64,000 nucleotides of DNA from an uncultured Pelagibacteraceae bacterium (GCA_902624185.1 CACNWU010000001.1:4085-68084); one strand, 5' to 3'; shown: positions 50,952-61,841, numbered from the stretch's first letter. Numbers and translations: made by a program. Notes: a model not told the origin generated them from the sequence alone.

Positions 50952-51674
50952 TTAATTATATGTTTTTTTAATTATATCAATAAATTTTTTTGAGTCTTGA
51001 GATGCGCCTCCTACTAAAAAACCATCAATATTTATTATAGATTTTAACTCATTTATATTTTTTGGATTTACAGATCCACCATAGAAAACTTTGGATTTTT
51101 TAATTTTTTTTTTTATAAAATTGATAGTTGTAAATAATTCGTTGGATTTTGGTATTACACCTGTTCCAATAGACCAAACTGGTTCATAGGCTATAAAAAC
51201 TTTACTATTATTTCTAATTTTATTTAGACCTAATTTAATTTGTTTATTTAAAACTTTATTAGTAATTTTTTTTCTTTTTTGACTTAAAGTTTCACCTATA
51301 CAAAAAATTACTTTTAGACCTGACCTTAAAGCACTTTTAATCTTTTGATTAATTAACTTGTCAGTTTCACCAGCCTGTCTATTTTCTGAGTGACCAACTA
51401 TTACGTATTTAGCACCAACATTTTTTAACATTTTAGAATTTACTGATCCTGTAAAAGGACCGTAAGAATCTTTCTCATGACAATTTTGAGCTCCAACTTC
51501 AATATTTGATTTTTTTAATTTTTTAGACATTGGACGAATTAACGTATTAGGTGGACAATAAATTATTCTGAGAGATTTATTTTTTTTGAAGGTTTTGAAA
51601 AATTTATTTACTTTATGCAGTGAATTTAGTGAATTTAAACCACCATACATTTTCCAATTCGCGATAAAATACAT
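50952..51674 (-). CDS. tpiA: Triosephosphate isomerase
   Basis: ANWKM, GHSE, AYEPVWSIGTG, YGGSV, LVGGAS. Confidence 0.98.
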   Translation of the reverse strand: MYFIANWKMYGGLNSLNSLHKVNKFFKTFKKNKSLRIIYCPPNTLIRPMSKKLKKSNIEVGAQNCHEKDSYGPFTGSVNSKMLKNVGAKYVIVGHSENRQAGETDKLINQKIKSALRSGLKVIFCIGETLSQKRKKITNKVLNKQIKLGLNKIRNNSKVFIAYEPVWSIGTGVIPKSNELFTTINFIKKKIKKSKVFYGGSVNPKNINELKSIINIDGFLVGGASQDSKKFIDIIKKTYN

Positions 51675-51745
51675 ATATTTATTTGTTATTTGCTATATTT
51701 TAATCTATAGCTTTGCTTTTTATAGATCAATAAATTTTTAGAGTA

Positions 51746-53164
51746 ATGATTAGTAATTTAAGAAATTTTGCCAAAACTAAATTTGCTGGCTTATTAGTTT
51801 TTATTATGATTATCCCGTTTGTGTTTTGGGGAATGGGAAGTATGTTTAGTAGTGGTAATACCAACAATATAGCAAAAATTAATAAGAAAAATATTTCAAC
51901 CCAAGAATTTATCGATTACCTCAACAAGTCAGGTATTCCCCAGGAAACTATTAAAAAAAATTTAGATAGTAATATCTTACAAGAAATACTTTCTGGATTA
52001 ATATCCACGACTTTACTAGAGCTCGAAATAAAAGATTTTAATATTATCATTTCAGAGAAAACTTTATTAAGAAAAATTAAAAAGAATAAAAATTTTTTAG
52101 ATGATGATGGTGTTTTTCAAAGAGCTAAATATGAAAAATTTTTACTTGAAAACAATCAATCCGCACCAGCATTTGAGTTAAGATTAAGGGGTCGTGAATT
52201 ACAAAAAAATTTATTTGACTATATTGGAGCTGGAACAGTTTTGCCAAAATTTTTAGCAAAAAAATTATTTATAGAAGAAAATAGTAAATTAGAAATAGAT
52301 TATATTGATTTAAAAAATTTTTACAAAAAAAAGGAAAATATTACTGATAAAGAATTAAGAGATTTCATAACAAAAAATCAGGATCAATTAAAAGTAGATT
52401 ATCTTGATTTTAGTTATGCAATAATAAATCCCCTTAATTTAATTGGTGTTGATGATTTCAATCAGTCTTTTTTTGATAAGATTGATCAAATAGAAATTGA
52501 CATATCTAATGAAATTAATTTTAAAGAGGTCGTAAAAAAATTAAATATTAAATCAAATGATGTTGTTAACTTCAAAATTTCTAAAGATACCAATGAAATA
52601 GAAAAAAAAATATTTGAACTAAAAAATAGTAAATATGATATTTTTGAAAATGGTAATAATTATATTCTTTATAAAATTAACAATATTGAACAAAGAGAAC
52701 CAGATCTAACAGATATACAGACAAAAAGTGAAATTCGACAGCTTGTTTATCAAAAAAACATGTTTGATTATAATGCAGATTTATTGGAGAAAATTGGAAA
52801 AAAGGAATTTACTAATGATAACTTTTTAAAGATGGGGAAGGAAAAAATCAAAACTACTAAATTAAATTCTATAAGAGACAATAAAAAATTTGAAATTAAT
52901 GCAGTTGAATTACTATACTCTTTACCTGTGAATACACTAACTTTAATAAATGATGAAAATAATAATATTTACTTAGCTAAAATTAAAAAATTCCAAAGTG
53001 AAAAATTTGATGATGATGATGATAAATTTAAAAATTTTGTTGAAAAACAGAATTCAAATAAACGAAATACTTTATTAAAATCATACGATTTACTTCTTAA
53101 TGAAAAATATAATGTTGTTTTAAATCAAAAAACAATAGAACGAGTTAAAAATTTCTTTCAATGA
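51746..53164 (+). CDS. PpiD-like periplasmic chaperone (SurA N-terminal domain)
   Basis: N-terminal anchor PFVFWG, SurA_N-like region; position between tpiA and trpE. Confidence 0.8.
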   Translation: MISNLRNFAKTKFAGLLVFIMIIPFVFWGMGSMFSSGNTNNIAKINKKNISTQEFIDYLNKSGIPQETIKKNLDSNILQEILSGLISTTLLELEIKDFNIIISEKTLLRKIKKNKNFLDDDGVFQRAKYEKFLLENNQSAPAFELRLRGRELQKNLFDYIGAGTVLPKFLAKKLFIEENSKLEIDYIDLKNFYKKKENITDKELRDFITKNQDQLKVDYLDFSYAIINPLNLIGVDDFNQSFFDKIDQIEIDISNEINFKEVVKKLNIKSNDVVNFKISKDTNEIEKKIFELKNSKYDIFENGNNYILYKINNIEQREPDLTDIQTKSEIRQLVYQKNMFDYNADLLEKIGKKEFTNDNFLKMGKEKIKTTKLNSIRDNKKFEINAVELLYSLPVNTLTLINDENNNIYLAKIKKFQSEKFDDDDDKFKNFVEKQNSNKRNTLLKSYDLLLNEKYNVVLNQKTIERVKNFFQ

Positions 53165-54621
53165 TAATTAATCGAAGCTTCAATGATTTCAAGTTTCGAC
53201 ATAAAAGGAAACAAAATCAAATAATATTTTCTTCAAAAAAAGTTAGAGATGATGAAGAAATAACTAATTTAATAGACAATTTTCTAACAGAAAAAAATAG
53301 TTTTATTTTTGAGTCAGTCGAGAAAGGTAAAATCAGAGGTAGATATACTATATTTGGAAAAAATCCTGATAAAATATGGGAGTTCAACAATAATAATTCT
53401 TATCAAATTGAAAATCGAAAAAAAATTAAGCTCAAAGAAAAACCAGAAAAATTGATTGAAAAAATTATTGAAGAATTCAAATTTAAAACCCCTAAAAATT
53501 TACCCAAAATTTGTTCTTTAATATCTGGTTTTTTTTCTTATGATGCCATTAGATACATAGAAAAGATCCCTAATAACTGTAAAAATGATTTGAAATTGCC
53601 AGATGTAAGGCTTTTGCGTCCAAGAACTTTAATTATTCATGATAATTTGAAAAAAGAAATATTTTATATTCACAACATTTTTAAAGATGAAAAAATCAAT
53701 AATTATAAGACCAAATATAATAAAATAAAATCAGACCTTTATAAATTACAAATTCAGTCATCAATTAAGAATACTCAAAACAATGTAAAAGATAAATTTA
53801 CGAATATAAAAGTAAAATCAAATACGTCAAAAAATAAATTTATAAACATGGTAAAGAAAGCAAAAAAATACATTAGATTAGGAGATATTTTTCAGGTTGT
53901 TCTGAGTCAAAGATTTGAGGCAAAACTTTCGAAAAAACCAATCGAAATTTATAAAAAACTTAGAGTCACAAATCCTTCTCCATTTATGTTTTTTTTTAAT
54001 TTTGATGATTTTCAAATAATTGGGGCTAGTCCTGAAATTCTTGTTAGATTAAGAGATAACAATATTACTGTAAGACCTATAGCTGGAACTAGACCACGAG
54101 GAAAAAATACAAGAGAAGATCTTTTCTTTGAAAAAGACCTTTTAAATGATAAAAAAGAGCTTTCAGAACATTTAATGCTTCTAGACTTGGGAAGAAATGA
54201 TGCGGGTAAGGTCTCAAAAATTAATTCAGTAAAAGTTACCGAAAGCTTTATAATTGAAAAATATTCTCATGTTATGCATATAGTTTCAAATGTTATTGGA
54301 AAATATAATAAGAAATTTTCAAAATTTAAATCATTGTTAGCGGGTTTTCCTGCTGGAACTGTTTCTGGTGCACCAAAAATAAGAGCTATGGAAATAATTG
54401 ATGAACTAGAAACAACGAAAAGAAAAGTTTATGCTGGTGGTATTGGTTATTTTTCTGCTAATGGAGAATTTGACACTTGCATAGCACTAAGAACTGCAGT
54501 TGCAAAAAAAAATAAATTTTATGTTCAAGCTGGTGCAGGAATAGTTGCAGATAGTAAACCAATTAAAGAATATGAGGAAACTGTAAATAAAGCTAAAGCT
54601 TTAATTAATGCATTAAGATGA
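53161..54621 (+). CDS. trpE: Anthranilate synthase component I
   Basis: FESVE, NPSPFM, EHLMLLDLGRND, GTVSGAPK. Confidence 0.98.
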   Translation: MIINRSFNDFKFRHKRKQNQIIFSSKKVRDDEEITNLIDNFLTEKNSFIFESVEKGKIRGRYTIFGKNPDKIWEFNNNNSYQIENRKKIKLKEKPEKLIEKIIEEFKFKTPKNLPKICSLISGFFSYDAIRYIEKIPNNCKNDLKLPDVRLLRPRTLIIHDNLKKEIFYIHNIFKDEKINNYKTKYNKIKSDLYKLQIQSSIKNTQNNVKDKFTNIKVKSNTSKNKFINMVKKAKKYIRLGDIFQVVLSQRFEAKLSKKPIEIYKKLRVTNPSPFMFFFNFDDFQIIGASPEILVRLRDNNITVRPIAGTRPRGKNTREDLFFEKDLLNDKKELSEHLMLLDLGRNDAGKVSKINSVKVTESFIIEKYSHVMHIVSNVIGKYNKKFSKFKSLLAGFPAGTVSGAPKIRAMEIIDELETTKRKVYAGGIGYFSANGEFDTCIALRTAVAKKNKFYVQAGAGIVADSKPIKEYEETVNKAKALINALR

Positions 54622-55193
54622 AAAAAATAATTTTAATTGATAATTATGATAGTTTTACATTTAATCTTTATCATTATTTATCCTCACTAAAAGTAAATGT
54701 CGACGTAATTAGGAATGACCAAATCACTTCAAAAGAAATATTGAAAAGAAAATTTAATAAAATTGTAATCTCACCTGGGCCAGGAAATCCAAATCAAGCT
54801 GGAAATTGTCTTAAAATCGTAAAATCTTTATATAAAAAGATACCTATACTTGGGGTTTGTTTGGGTCATCAAATAATTGGGCAAGTATTTGGATCAAAAA
54901 TAATTCAAGCTGAGAGGTTAATGCATGGAAAAACAAGTAAAATAGTATCAAAAAAAACTGGTATCTTAAAGAATTTGCCAAAGACCTTTGAAGCAACTCG
55001 TTATCACAGCTTAATTATTGATAAGAAATCTCTATCCAAAGATCTTGAAATTACTGCTAATACTAAAGACGGATTAATAATGGGTGTAAGACACAAAAAA
55101 TACCATGTTCATGGAGTGCAATTTCACCCTGAAAGTATTAAAACTAAGATAGGAATTAAAATTTTAAAAAACTTTATTAAAATTAAAAATTAA
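54618..55193 (+). CDS. trpG: Anthranilate synthase component II (glutamine amidotransferase)
   Basis: IDNYDSFT, SPGPG, GVCLGHQ, QFHPES. Confidence 0.96.
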   Translation: MKKIILIDNYDSFTFNLYHYLSSLKVNVDVIRNDQITSKEILKRKFNKIVISPGPGNPNQAGNCLKIVKSLYKKIPILGVCLGHQIIGQVFGSKIIQAERLMHGKTSKIVSKKTGILKNLPKTFEATRYHSLIIDKKSLSKDLEITANTKDGLIMGVRHKKYHVHGVQFHPESIKTKIGIKILKNFIKIKN

Positions 55194-56185
55194 TGAAACA
55201 ATTCATTGAAAAAATTAAGAGTAGAGAAAATTTATCTTTTGAAGAGAGTAAAGTGGCTTTTGAATTATTAATGGAAGGTAAAGCTGAAGACCAAGAAATA
55301 TTTGATTTTTTAACACTTTTATCGAATAAAGGTGAAGCTTCAGATGAAATAGCAGGTGGAGTTTTTGTTCTTAGAAATAAGTCTAAAAGAGTAAATGTAG
55401 AAAATTGTGTTGATACGTGTGGAACTGGTGGAGATGGAATGAATACACTTAATATATCTACTGCATCTGCATTATTACTTGCAAGTATGGGTATTAGAGT
55501 AGCAAAACATGGAAATAAGGCTGTATCTTCCAAGTGTGGATCAGGTGATGTTTTAGAAGCATTAAATATAAAAATTGATTTAGAGCCAAACGATATAGAG
55601 ACACAAATTAATAAAAATAATTTTGGTTTTATGTTTGCACCTAATTACCATAGTGCAATGAGGTTTGTTGGTCCTACTAGAAAAAAAATTGGAAAAAGAA
55701 CTATATTTAATATGATTGGACCATTAAGTAGCCCTGCTCTAGTAAAAAGACAAGTTGTTGGTGTCTTTGATAAAAAACTCTTAAAAATATTCGCAAGTGC
55801 TTTAAATAATTTAGATATTAAATTTGCTTGGATCGTTAATAGTGAAGATGGCTTAGATGAGATTTCTCCTTATGCAAAGACAAATGTAATTCAATTAAAA
55901 GATAACAAGATTTCTGAAATTATTATAGACCCAAAAAAATTAAATATAAATGCAGATAAATTTGAAAATCTTGTTGGTGATGATGCAAAATTTAATGCAG
56001 ATAAAATGGTTGAAATATTTAAAGGTGAAGATAATGATTTTTCTAAGGCTGTCTGTTTGAATACAGCTGCTGGATTAATAGTAAATGAAACTCATCAAAA
56101 TTTTGCTGATGCATATAATAATGCAAGAGAACATATTTTATCAATGAAAGTAATTAAACATTTAGAAAAAATACAAAATGGCTGA
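55193..56185 (+). CDS. trpD: Anthranilate phosphoribosyltransferase
   Basis: DTCGTGGDG, NISTAS, KHGN, DGLDE. Confidence 0.98.
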   Translation: MKQFIEKIKSRENLSFEESKVAFELLMEGKAEDQEIFDFLTLLSNKGEASDEIAGGVFVLRNKSKRVNVENCVDTCGTGGDGMNTLNISTASALLLASMGIRVAKHGNKAVSSKCGSGDVLEALNIKIDLEPNDIETQINKNNFGFMFAPNYHSAMRFVGPTRKKIGKRTIFNMIGPLSSPALVKRQVVGVFDKKLLKIFASALNNLDIKFAWIVNSEDGLDEISPYAKTNVIQLKDNKISEIIIDPKKLNINADKFENLVGDDAKFNADKMVEIFKGEDNDFSKAVCLNTAAGLIVNETHQNFADAYNNAREHILSMKVIKHLEKIQNG

Positions 56186-56969
56186 AAATATTCTTGAAAA
56201 AATAATTCAAAAGAAAAGTGAAAAAATAGAAAATTTAAAAAAAACTATTTCACTAGACTCATTAAATCAGTTAATTGATAAGAATGAATTATTTATTAAT
56301 TTTAAAGAGAAAATTGAGAATAATATAAAAGAAAATAAATTTTCAATCATTGCTGAAATTAAAAAAGCCAGTCCTTCTGCTGGTATAATTATCAAAGATT
56401 ATGATCCTGTAAATATAGCTAATATATATAATGATAATAAAGCTACTTGTTTATCAGTCTTAACCGAAGAAGATTTTTTTCTAGGAAACCTAATGCATAT
56501 TAGTAAAATTAAAAAAACTGTTAATTTACCAATTCTTTGTAAGGATTTTTTTGTAGATAAATTTCAGATACCACTAGCAAAAAGTTATGGGGCTGATGCA
56601 ATATTAGTTATCTTAGCGGGTGTCAGTGAAAATCTCGCAAATGAATTATATGAAGAAGCATTAAAATTAGATATGTCTGTTATAGTTGAGGTACATACTG
56701 TTGAGGAAGCTAAGCAGGCTCTTAATTTTAAAAAAGCTTTAATAGGGATAAATAATAGAAACCTTAAAACTTTAAAAACTGATATAAATACAACTTTTAA
56801 TATTCATGATGTTTTAGTTAATCATCAAGGTCCACTAATTTCTGAAAGTGGGATTAAAACAAAAGATGAGCTTTTAGAATTATCTAGTAAGACTTCTATT
56901 AAAACTTTTTTAATAGGTGAATCACTTTTGAAAAATTTGGATAATAATTCTATTTTTTCTGTTCTCTAG
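56178..56969 (+). CDS. trpC: Indole-3-glycerol phosphate synthase
   Basis: IAEIKKASPSAG, SVLTE, KDF, GINNRNL, ESGI. Confidence 0.98.
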   Translation: MAENILEKIIQKKSEKIENLKKTISLDSLNQLIDKNELFINFKEKIENNIKENKFSIIAEIKKASPSAGIIIKDYDPVNIANIYNDNKATCLSVLTEEDFFLGNLMHISKIKKTVNLPILCKDFFVDKFQIPLAKSYGADAILVILAGVSENLANELYEEALKLDMSVIVEVHTVEEAKQALNFKKALIGINNRNLKTLKTDINTTFNIHDVLVNHQGPLISESGIKTKDELLELSSKTSIKTFLIGESLLKNLDNNSIFSVL

Positions 56970-57019
56970 ACGAATAATTCCCAATTTTAAAGGCTTTTTT
57001 TACTATTGTGAATTGTAGA

Positions 57020-57056
57020 GAACTTTTGTAGAACAGATTTTGTACGATATTTGTTC
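57020..57056. promoter_or_regulatory. Alphaproteobacterial SOS (LexA) box array
   Basis: GAAC-N7-GAAC-N7-GTAC-N7-GTTC ending 2 bp before the lexA ATG; known consensus GAAC-N7-GAAC / GTTC-N7-GTTC. Confidence 0.9.
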
Positions 57057-57058
57057 TT

Positions 57059-57736
57059 ATGCTAACAAAAAAACAAAAAAACCTGCTTTTATTTATCAAC
57101 AAGAAGTTGAGAAGCTCTGGTGTATCTCCTTCTTACGAAGAAATGAAAGAGTCTCTAAATTTAAAGTCTAAGTCAGGAATTCATAGGTTAATTAGTGCAT
57201 TAGAAGAAAGAGGATTTATTAAAAGACTTGCTCATAAAGCTAGAGCTTTAGAAGTTATAAAATTGCCAGAAACTGCTTCAGCAAATGATATTTACAACAG
57301 TTTTTCACCGAGTGTTATTAAGGGAGGTTTAGACGAGGATAAACCTATGTCTGATGGAGCTGAAGTACCTGTTTTAGGAAAAATTGCTGCAGGAACACCT
57401 GTGGAAGCTATTCAAAATGAGGTTTCAAGAATTCCGTTGCCGAGTAACTTAGAAAAAAATGGTGATTATTTTGGTCTTAAAGTTCAAGGAGATTCAATGA
57501 TTGAGGCTGGAATTAACGAAGGTGATACAGTTATTATCAAAAGAACTGATACAGCTGATAATGGAAAAATAGTTGTTGCATTAATCGATGAGCATGAAGC
57601 TATGCTAAAAAGAATTAGAAAAAAAGGTAAAGTTGTAGCGCTCGAAAGTGCAAATAAAAACTACGAAACTAAAATATTTGGCCCAGATAGAGTTAAAGTA
57701 CAGGGCGTATTAGTATCTTTATATAGAAACTTCTAG
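57059..57736 (+). CDS. lexA: SOS repressor LexA
   Basis: [19 protein letters not shown] cleavage site, GDSM, LK catalytic Lys. Confidence 0.98.
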   Translation: MLTKKQKNLLLFINKKLRSSGVSPSYEEMKESLNLKSKSGIHRLISALEERGFIKRLAHKARALEVIKLPETASANDIYNSFSPSVIKGGLDEDKPMSDGAEVPVLGKIAAGTPVEAIQNEVSRIPLPSNLEKNGDYFGLKVQGDSMIEAGINEGDTVIIKRTDTADNGKIVVALIDEHEAMLKRIRKKGKVVALESANKNYETKIFGPDRVKVQGVLVSLYRNF

Positions 57737-57758
57737 TAAAATAGTCTAAACATTTTCA

Positions 57759-59159
57759 ATGAAAAAAGTAGCAACAAGATTTGCTCCATCCCCTACTGGA
57801 GCTTTACATATTGGTGGAATTAGGACAGCTTTATTCAATTGGTTATATTCTAAAAACCAAAAAGGAGATTTTTATCTAAGAATTGAAGATACAGATAAAG
57901 AAAGATCAAAAGACGAATATAAAGATCAAATAATTAAATCCCTTAAATGGATTGGAATTTACTATGATGGAGAAGAATATATACAATCAAAAAAAATTAC
58001 AGATCATATAAAAGTTGCAAATGAATTACTTAAAAATGGTCATGCGTATAAATGTTATTGTTCAAGCGAAGAAATAGAAGAACAAAAAAAAAGAGCAAGA
58101 CAAAAAAAGATTCCTTATATTTATGATAGAAAATGGAGAGAAAAAAAAGAAACTGATGCACCAAAAGATATTAAACCAGTTATAAGATTTAAAAGTAAAA
58201 TAGATGGAACATCAGTTTTAAAAGATTTAGTTCAAGGTGATGTTGAAATAGATAATAATACTATAGAAGATTTTATCATTTTAAGAAATGATGGAACTCC
58301 CACATATAACTTATCCGCGTCTGTGGATGACCATCAAATGAATATGACACACATAATTAGAGGTGATGATCATAAAATAAATACCTTTAAACAAATCCAA
58401 ATTTATCAAGCAATGAAATGGGAGATACCCTCATTTGCTCATATACCTTTGATACACACAATTGAAGGAAAGAAATTATCAAAAAGAGATAAAGCCTCAA
58501 CGTTAGATGATTATTCTAAAATTGGTATTATGCCAGATGCACTGAGGAATTATCTTCTTAGATTAGGTTGGTCTTATAAGGATAAGGAAATATTTACATT
58601 AGATGAAAGTATCAAGCATTTTAATCTTGAAGGAATTGGTAAATCTCCTTCAAAACTAGATATGAGTAGAATTTTATCAATGAATGAACACTATATTAAA
58701 AATATTGATGAGAGTGATTTATTCAATCAACTAACCGATTACAGCAAATTATATAAAAGTGAAATTAAATCAGATAAAAAAGATAAGATTAAGAAGTCTC
58801 TAACTTTCCTAAAAAATAAAGCTAAAACCCTAGAAGATATATTTAATAATGGTCATTATATTATGGTAGACGAGGTTAATTTTAACCAGGATGATTTTAA
58901 GTTAATTGATGATAAAGCCAAAAAAGTCATTTCTGATTTCAATACTCAATTTAATAGCGTTGATAAATTGAGCAAAGAAACATTAGAGCCAATATTAAAC
59001 GAATTGATTAAATCAAACGATACTAATTTTAAAGGGGTTGGCCAGCCTTTAAGAATAGCTTTAACAGGTTCAAAATTTGGACCTGGAATATATGATATAA
59101 TTATCTCCCTTGGGAAAGAGGAGGTATCAAAAAGATTAGCTAATAAGAAACTTACTTAA
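57759..59159 (+). CDS. gltX: Glutamyl-tRNA synthetase
   Basis: RFAPSPTGALHIGG, RGDDH, KLSKR. Confidence 0.98.
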   Translation: MKKVATRFAPSPTGALHIGGIRTALFNWLYSKNQKGDFYLRIEDTDKERSKDEYKDQIIKSLKWIGIYYDGEEYIQSKKITDHIKVANELLKNGHAYKCYCSSEEIEEQKKRARQKKIPYIYDRKWREKKETDAPKDIKPVIRFKSKIDGTSVLKDLVQGDVEIDNNTIEDFIILRNDGTPTYNLSASVDDHQMNMTHIIRGDDHKINTFKQIQIYQAMKWEIPSFAHIPLIHTIEGKKLSKRDKASTLDDYSKIGIMPDALRNYLLRLGWSYKDKEIFTLDESIKHFNLEGIGKSPSKLDMSRILSMNEHYIKNIDESDLFNQLTDYSKLYKSEIKSDKKDKIKKSLTFLKNKAKTLEDIFNNGHYIMVDEVNFNQDDFKLIDDKAKKVISDFNTQFNSVDKLSKETLEPILNELIKSNDTNFKGVGQPLRIALTGSKFGPGIYDIIISLGKEEVSKRLANKKLT

Positions 59160-60272
59160 TACTGAAGAAGCCTCATCAGAAGAAGAGGTTTTTGATCTGA
59201 TTTTAGTTAAAGTTTTATCACAATCATTTATTTGCTTTTTCATTAATTCTGGATTTTTTAAAAAATAGACAACTGAATTATAAATTTCTTTAGGATTACA
59301 CTCCTTCTGGATTAATTCGGGGATTATTTCTTTGTTATTAATAATATTAATAATGTTAGCAAATTTTATTTTTACCAACATTTTAACAATCAAAAAATTC
59401 AAAAAATTCATTTTATAAATAATTATAGAAGGAACTTTTGCATTACAAATTTCAAGAGAGACTGTGCCAGATTTAGAGACCGCAAAAATAGACTTATTTA
59501 GTATTTGTTTTTTTATATTTTCATCAGAAATAACTTCAACATTTTTTACATTTGTATTATTAATTTTTTCACTTATTAGATTCTTATTCTCATCAGTTGC
59601 ATGAAAAACAAAAGAGAAATCATCAAATTTTGTATTCATCATATTTATAAAATTAATTAAAATAGGTAAAAGTAAATTTACTTCAGATGATCTACTACCA
59701 GAGAAAAGAGAGATGATTTTTTTGTCATTTGATATAATGTTAGAAAGATCTATTTTATCTTTTGATTCTTGTTCTAATAATGGATGACCCACAAAAGTAT
59801 TTGGAATATTCTCTTTATCAAAATATTTTTTTTCAAAATCAAATAATAATAAAATATGATCTAAAAACTTTTTAAACTTTTTTACTCTGCCCTCCCTCCA
59901 AACCCAAACTTGAGGAGCCACGTAATGTATTGTTTTAATGTTAGGATTAATACTTTTTACTTTTTCAACAACTCTCAAAGTAAAATCTGGACTATCAACA
60001 CTAAATAAAATGTCAGGATTAAATTCAATAATCTGTTTAACAGTTTCATTAATTTTATTTCTGATTTTAAATAGATTTAAGATGACACTAGTAAAACCGA
60101 TATAAGTTATCTCTTTAAGATTATATATTGATTTGATGCCTAGTGAATTTAAATGAGAACCTCCAACACTTAAATATTCTATATCAGAATTTTTTTTTTT
60201 AAGTTTATTAATTACAGTAGATGCTAATTTATCTCCTGAGGGTTCACCTGTTAATATAAATATTTTTTTCAT
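59136..60272 (-). CDS. lpxB: Lipid-A-disaccharide synthase
   Basis: GEPSGD, DSPDF, YVAPQVWVWR, GSR..E, SGTVSLE. Confidence 0.97.
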   Translation of the reverse strand: MKKIFILTGEPSGDKLASTVINKLKKKNSDIEYLSVGGSHLNSLGIKSIYNLKEITYIGFTSVILNLFKIRNKINETVKQIIEFNPDILFSVDSPDFTLRVVEKVKSINPNIKTIHYVAPQVWVWREGRVKKFKKFLDHILLLFDFEKKYFDKENIPNTFVGHPLLEQESKDKIDLSNIISNDKKIISLFSGSRSSEVNLLLPILINFINMMNTKFDDFSFVFHATDENKNLISEKINNTNVKNVEVISDENIKKQILNKSIFAVSKSGTVSLEICNAKVPSIIIYKMNFLNFLIVKMLVKIKFANIINIINNKEIIPELIQKECNPKEIYNSVVYFLKNPELMKKQINDCDKTLTKIRSKTSSSDEASSVLSKFLIS

Positions 60273-61063
60273 TTTACCGAGATAAACATCTTATTTTTGT
60301 TAGCTAATTTAATACATTTATTTTTATCTAAAAAAACATGTTGTTTACTTTTTACAACAATACCCTTTAATCCAGCAGCCTTAGTTTGTTTTAAAGTTTT
60401 TAATCCAATAGTAGGTAAATCAATTCTAAGGTCTTGTTTTTTTTTTGGAAACTTAACTAAAACTCCATGATTTCTAAATTTTTTGCTTCTGCTTTTTTCA
60501 AGCATTTTTTTAGTACCACCTTTGCCTTCTATAGAAACAACTTTTTTATTTCTAATTACAACTCCTTGACTAAAATTATATTCTCTTAAACTATTTAATG
60601 TTGTAATTGCTTTTTTAATATCTAATTGGTCTTGTTTGTTAGGTTTAAATTTTGAATAATTGCCTTTTTTTAATGAAAGTTCAGGATTAAATTTAAGTGA
60701 ATTTTCAGTTTTTATCTTATTTAGAGTTAATATTTTAATAATTTCCTTAAGTATTGCTGCGTCTCCAAGTTTAGATGCTTTGATTATTCTGGGGATATAA
60801 TAAATACCTTTAAAATCTAATTTCAGTTTTGAAAAGTTTGGTTTATTTACCTTTCCAGCAAATAAGACTTTTTTACAGTTATTTTTCTTGAGAATATTAA
60901 TGATTTTACCAAATTGACCTATAGATACTGAGTAAGATTTTCTATCCTGTTTGAATTTCTTTGATTTAGACAAATCAATTATCAAATATTTTATTTTTCT
61001 TTTTTTTACAGTTTTAAGAATTTCCTTTGGAAAATCAGTATCACCAAAAATTAATCCTATCAT
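60269..61063 (-). CDS. lpxI: UDP-2,3-diacylglucosamine diphosphatase LpxI
   Basis: GD..IL, Q.VV, QDLRIDLPTIG; between lpxA and lpxB. Confidence 0.9.
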   Translation of the reverse strand: MIGLIFGDTDFPKEILKTVKKRKIKYLIIDLSKSKKFKQDRKSYSVSIGQFGKIINILKKNNCKKVLFAGKVNKPNFSKLKLDFKGIYYIPRIIKASKLGDAAILKEIIKILTLNKIKTENSLKFNPELSLKKGNYSKFKPNKQDQLDIKKAITTLNSLREYNFSQGVVIRNKKVVSIEGKGGTKKMLEKSRSKKFRNHGVLVKFPKKKQDLRIDLPTIGLKTLKQTKAAGLKGIVVKSKQHVFLDKNKCIKLANKNKMFISVK

Positions 61064-61064
61064 T

Positions 61065-61841
61065 TTACGAAAATGGTGTGCAAATAGATCTTTTTTTATC
61101 TTTTGTTATAAAATCAATTACATTCTTAACTAATGGATTTTCTTGAAAAGAACCATTCAATTTACTTATATTTTCATTGATATTCTTTGTGGCAAAAATT
61201 TCTTTATAAGCTTCACTCAAACCTAATATATCCTTATTTTCAAACTTTGCTCTTCTTAAGCCTATTAAGTTTAATCCTTGTAATGAGTTTCTGTTTCCTG
61301 TTGATAATCCATAAGGAATTACGTCATGCAGTACACCTGTCATCCCACCGATCATTGCCATTTTTCCAATTCTTGTGAATTGTTGAACTGCAGAGTTTCC
61401 TCCTATAACAACATTATCCTCAATTATTGCGTGACCACCTAAAGGTACATTGTTTGCAATAATTACATTATTTCCAACCTGACAATCATGAGCAACATGA
61501 GACGAAATCATAAATAAACAGTTATTACCAATGACTGTTTTACCCCCTCCGCCTACTGTTCCTGGATTAATTGTTACATATTCTCTAATCTTATTATTAT
61601 CTCCAATTATCAGATTAGTTGGTTCTCCAGCATATTTTAAATCTTGTGGTTCGTTAATAGAAACAAACGGGTATATCTTGTTCCCTTTACCAATCTTAAC
61701 ATTTCCAGAAATATTTACATGTGATTGGATATTAGTGTTTTCTCCAATCTCGACATTAGGGCCTATTACACAATATGGACCTACTTTAACATTTTTATCT
61801 AATTTTGCTTTTGGGTCTACGATTGCAGTTTTGTCTATCAT
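61065..61841 (-). CDS. lpxA: UDP-GlcNAc O-acyltransferase
   Basis: Hexapeptide repeats, PQDLKY, HVAHDC, GLNLIGLRR. Confidence 0.97.
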   Translation of the reverse strand: MIDKTAIVDPKAKLDKNVKVGPYCVIGPNVEIGENTNIQSHVNISGNVKIGKGNKIYPFVSINEPQDLKYAGEPTNLIIGDNNKIREYVTINPGTVGGGGKTVIGNNCLFMISSHVAHDCQVGNNVIIANNVPLGGHAIIEDNVVIGGNSAVQQFTRIGKMAMIGGMTGVLHDVIPYGLSTGNRNSLQGLNLIGLRRAKFENKDILGLSEAYKEIFATKNINENISKLNGSFQENPLVKNVIDFITKDKKRSICTPFS

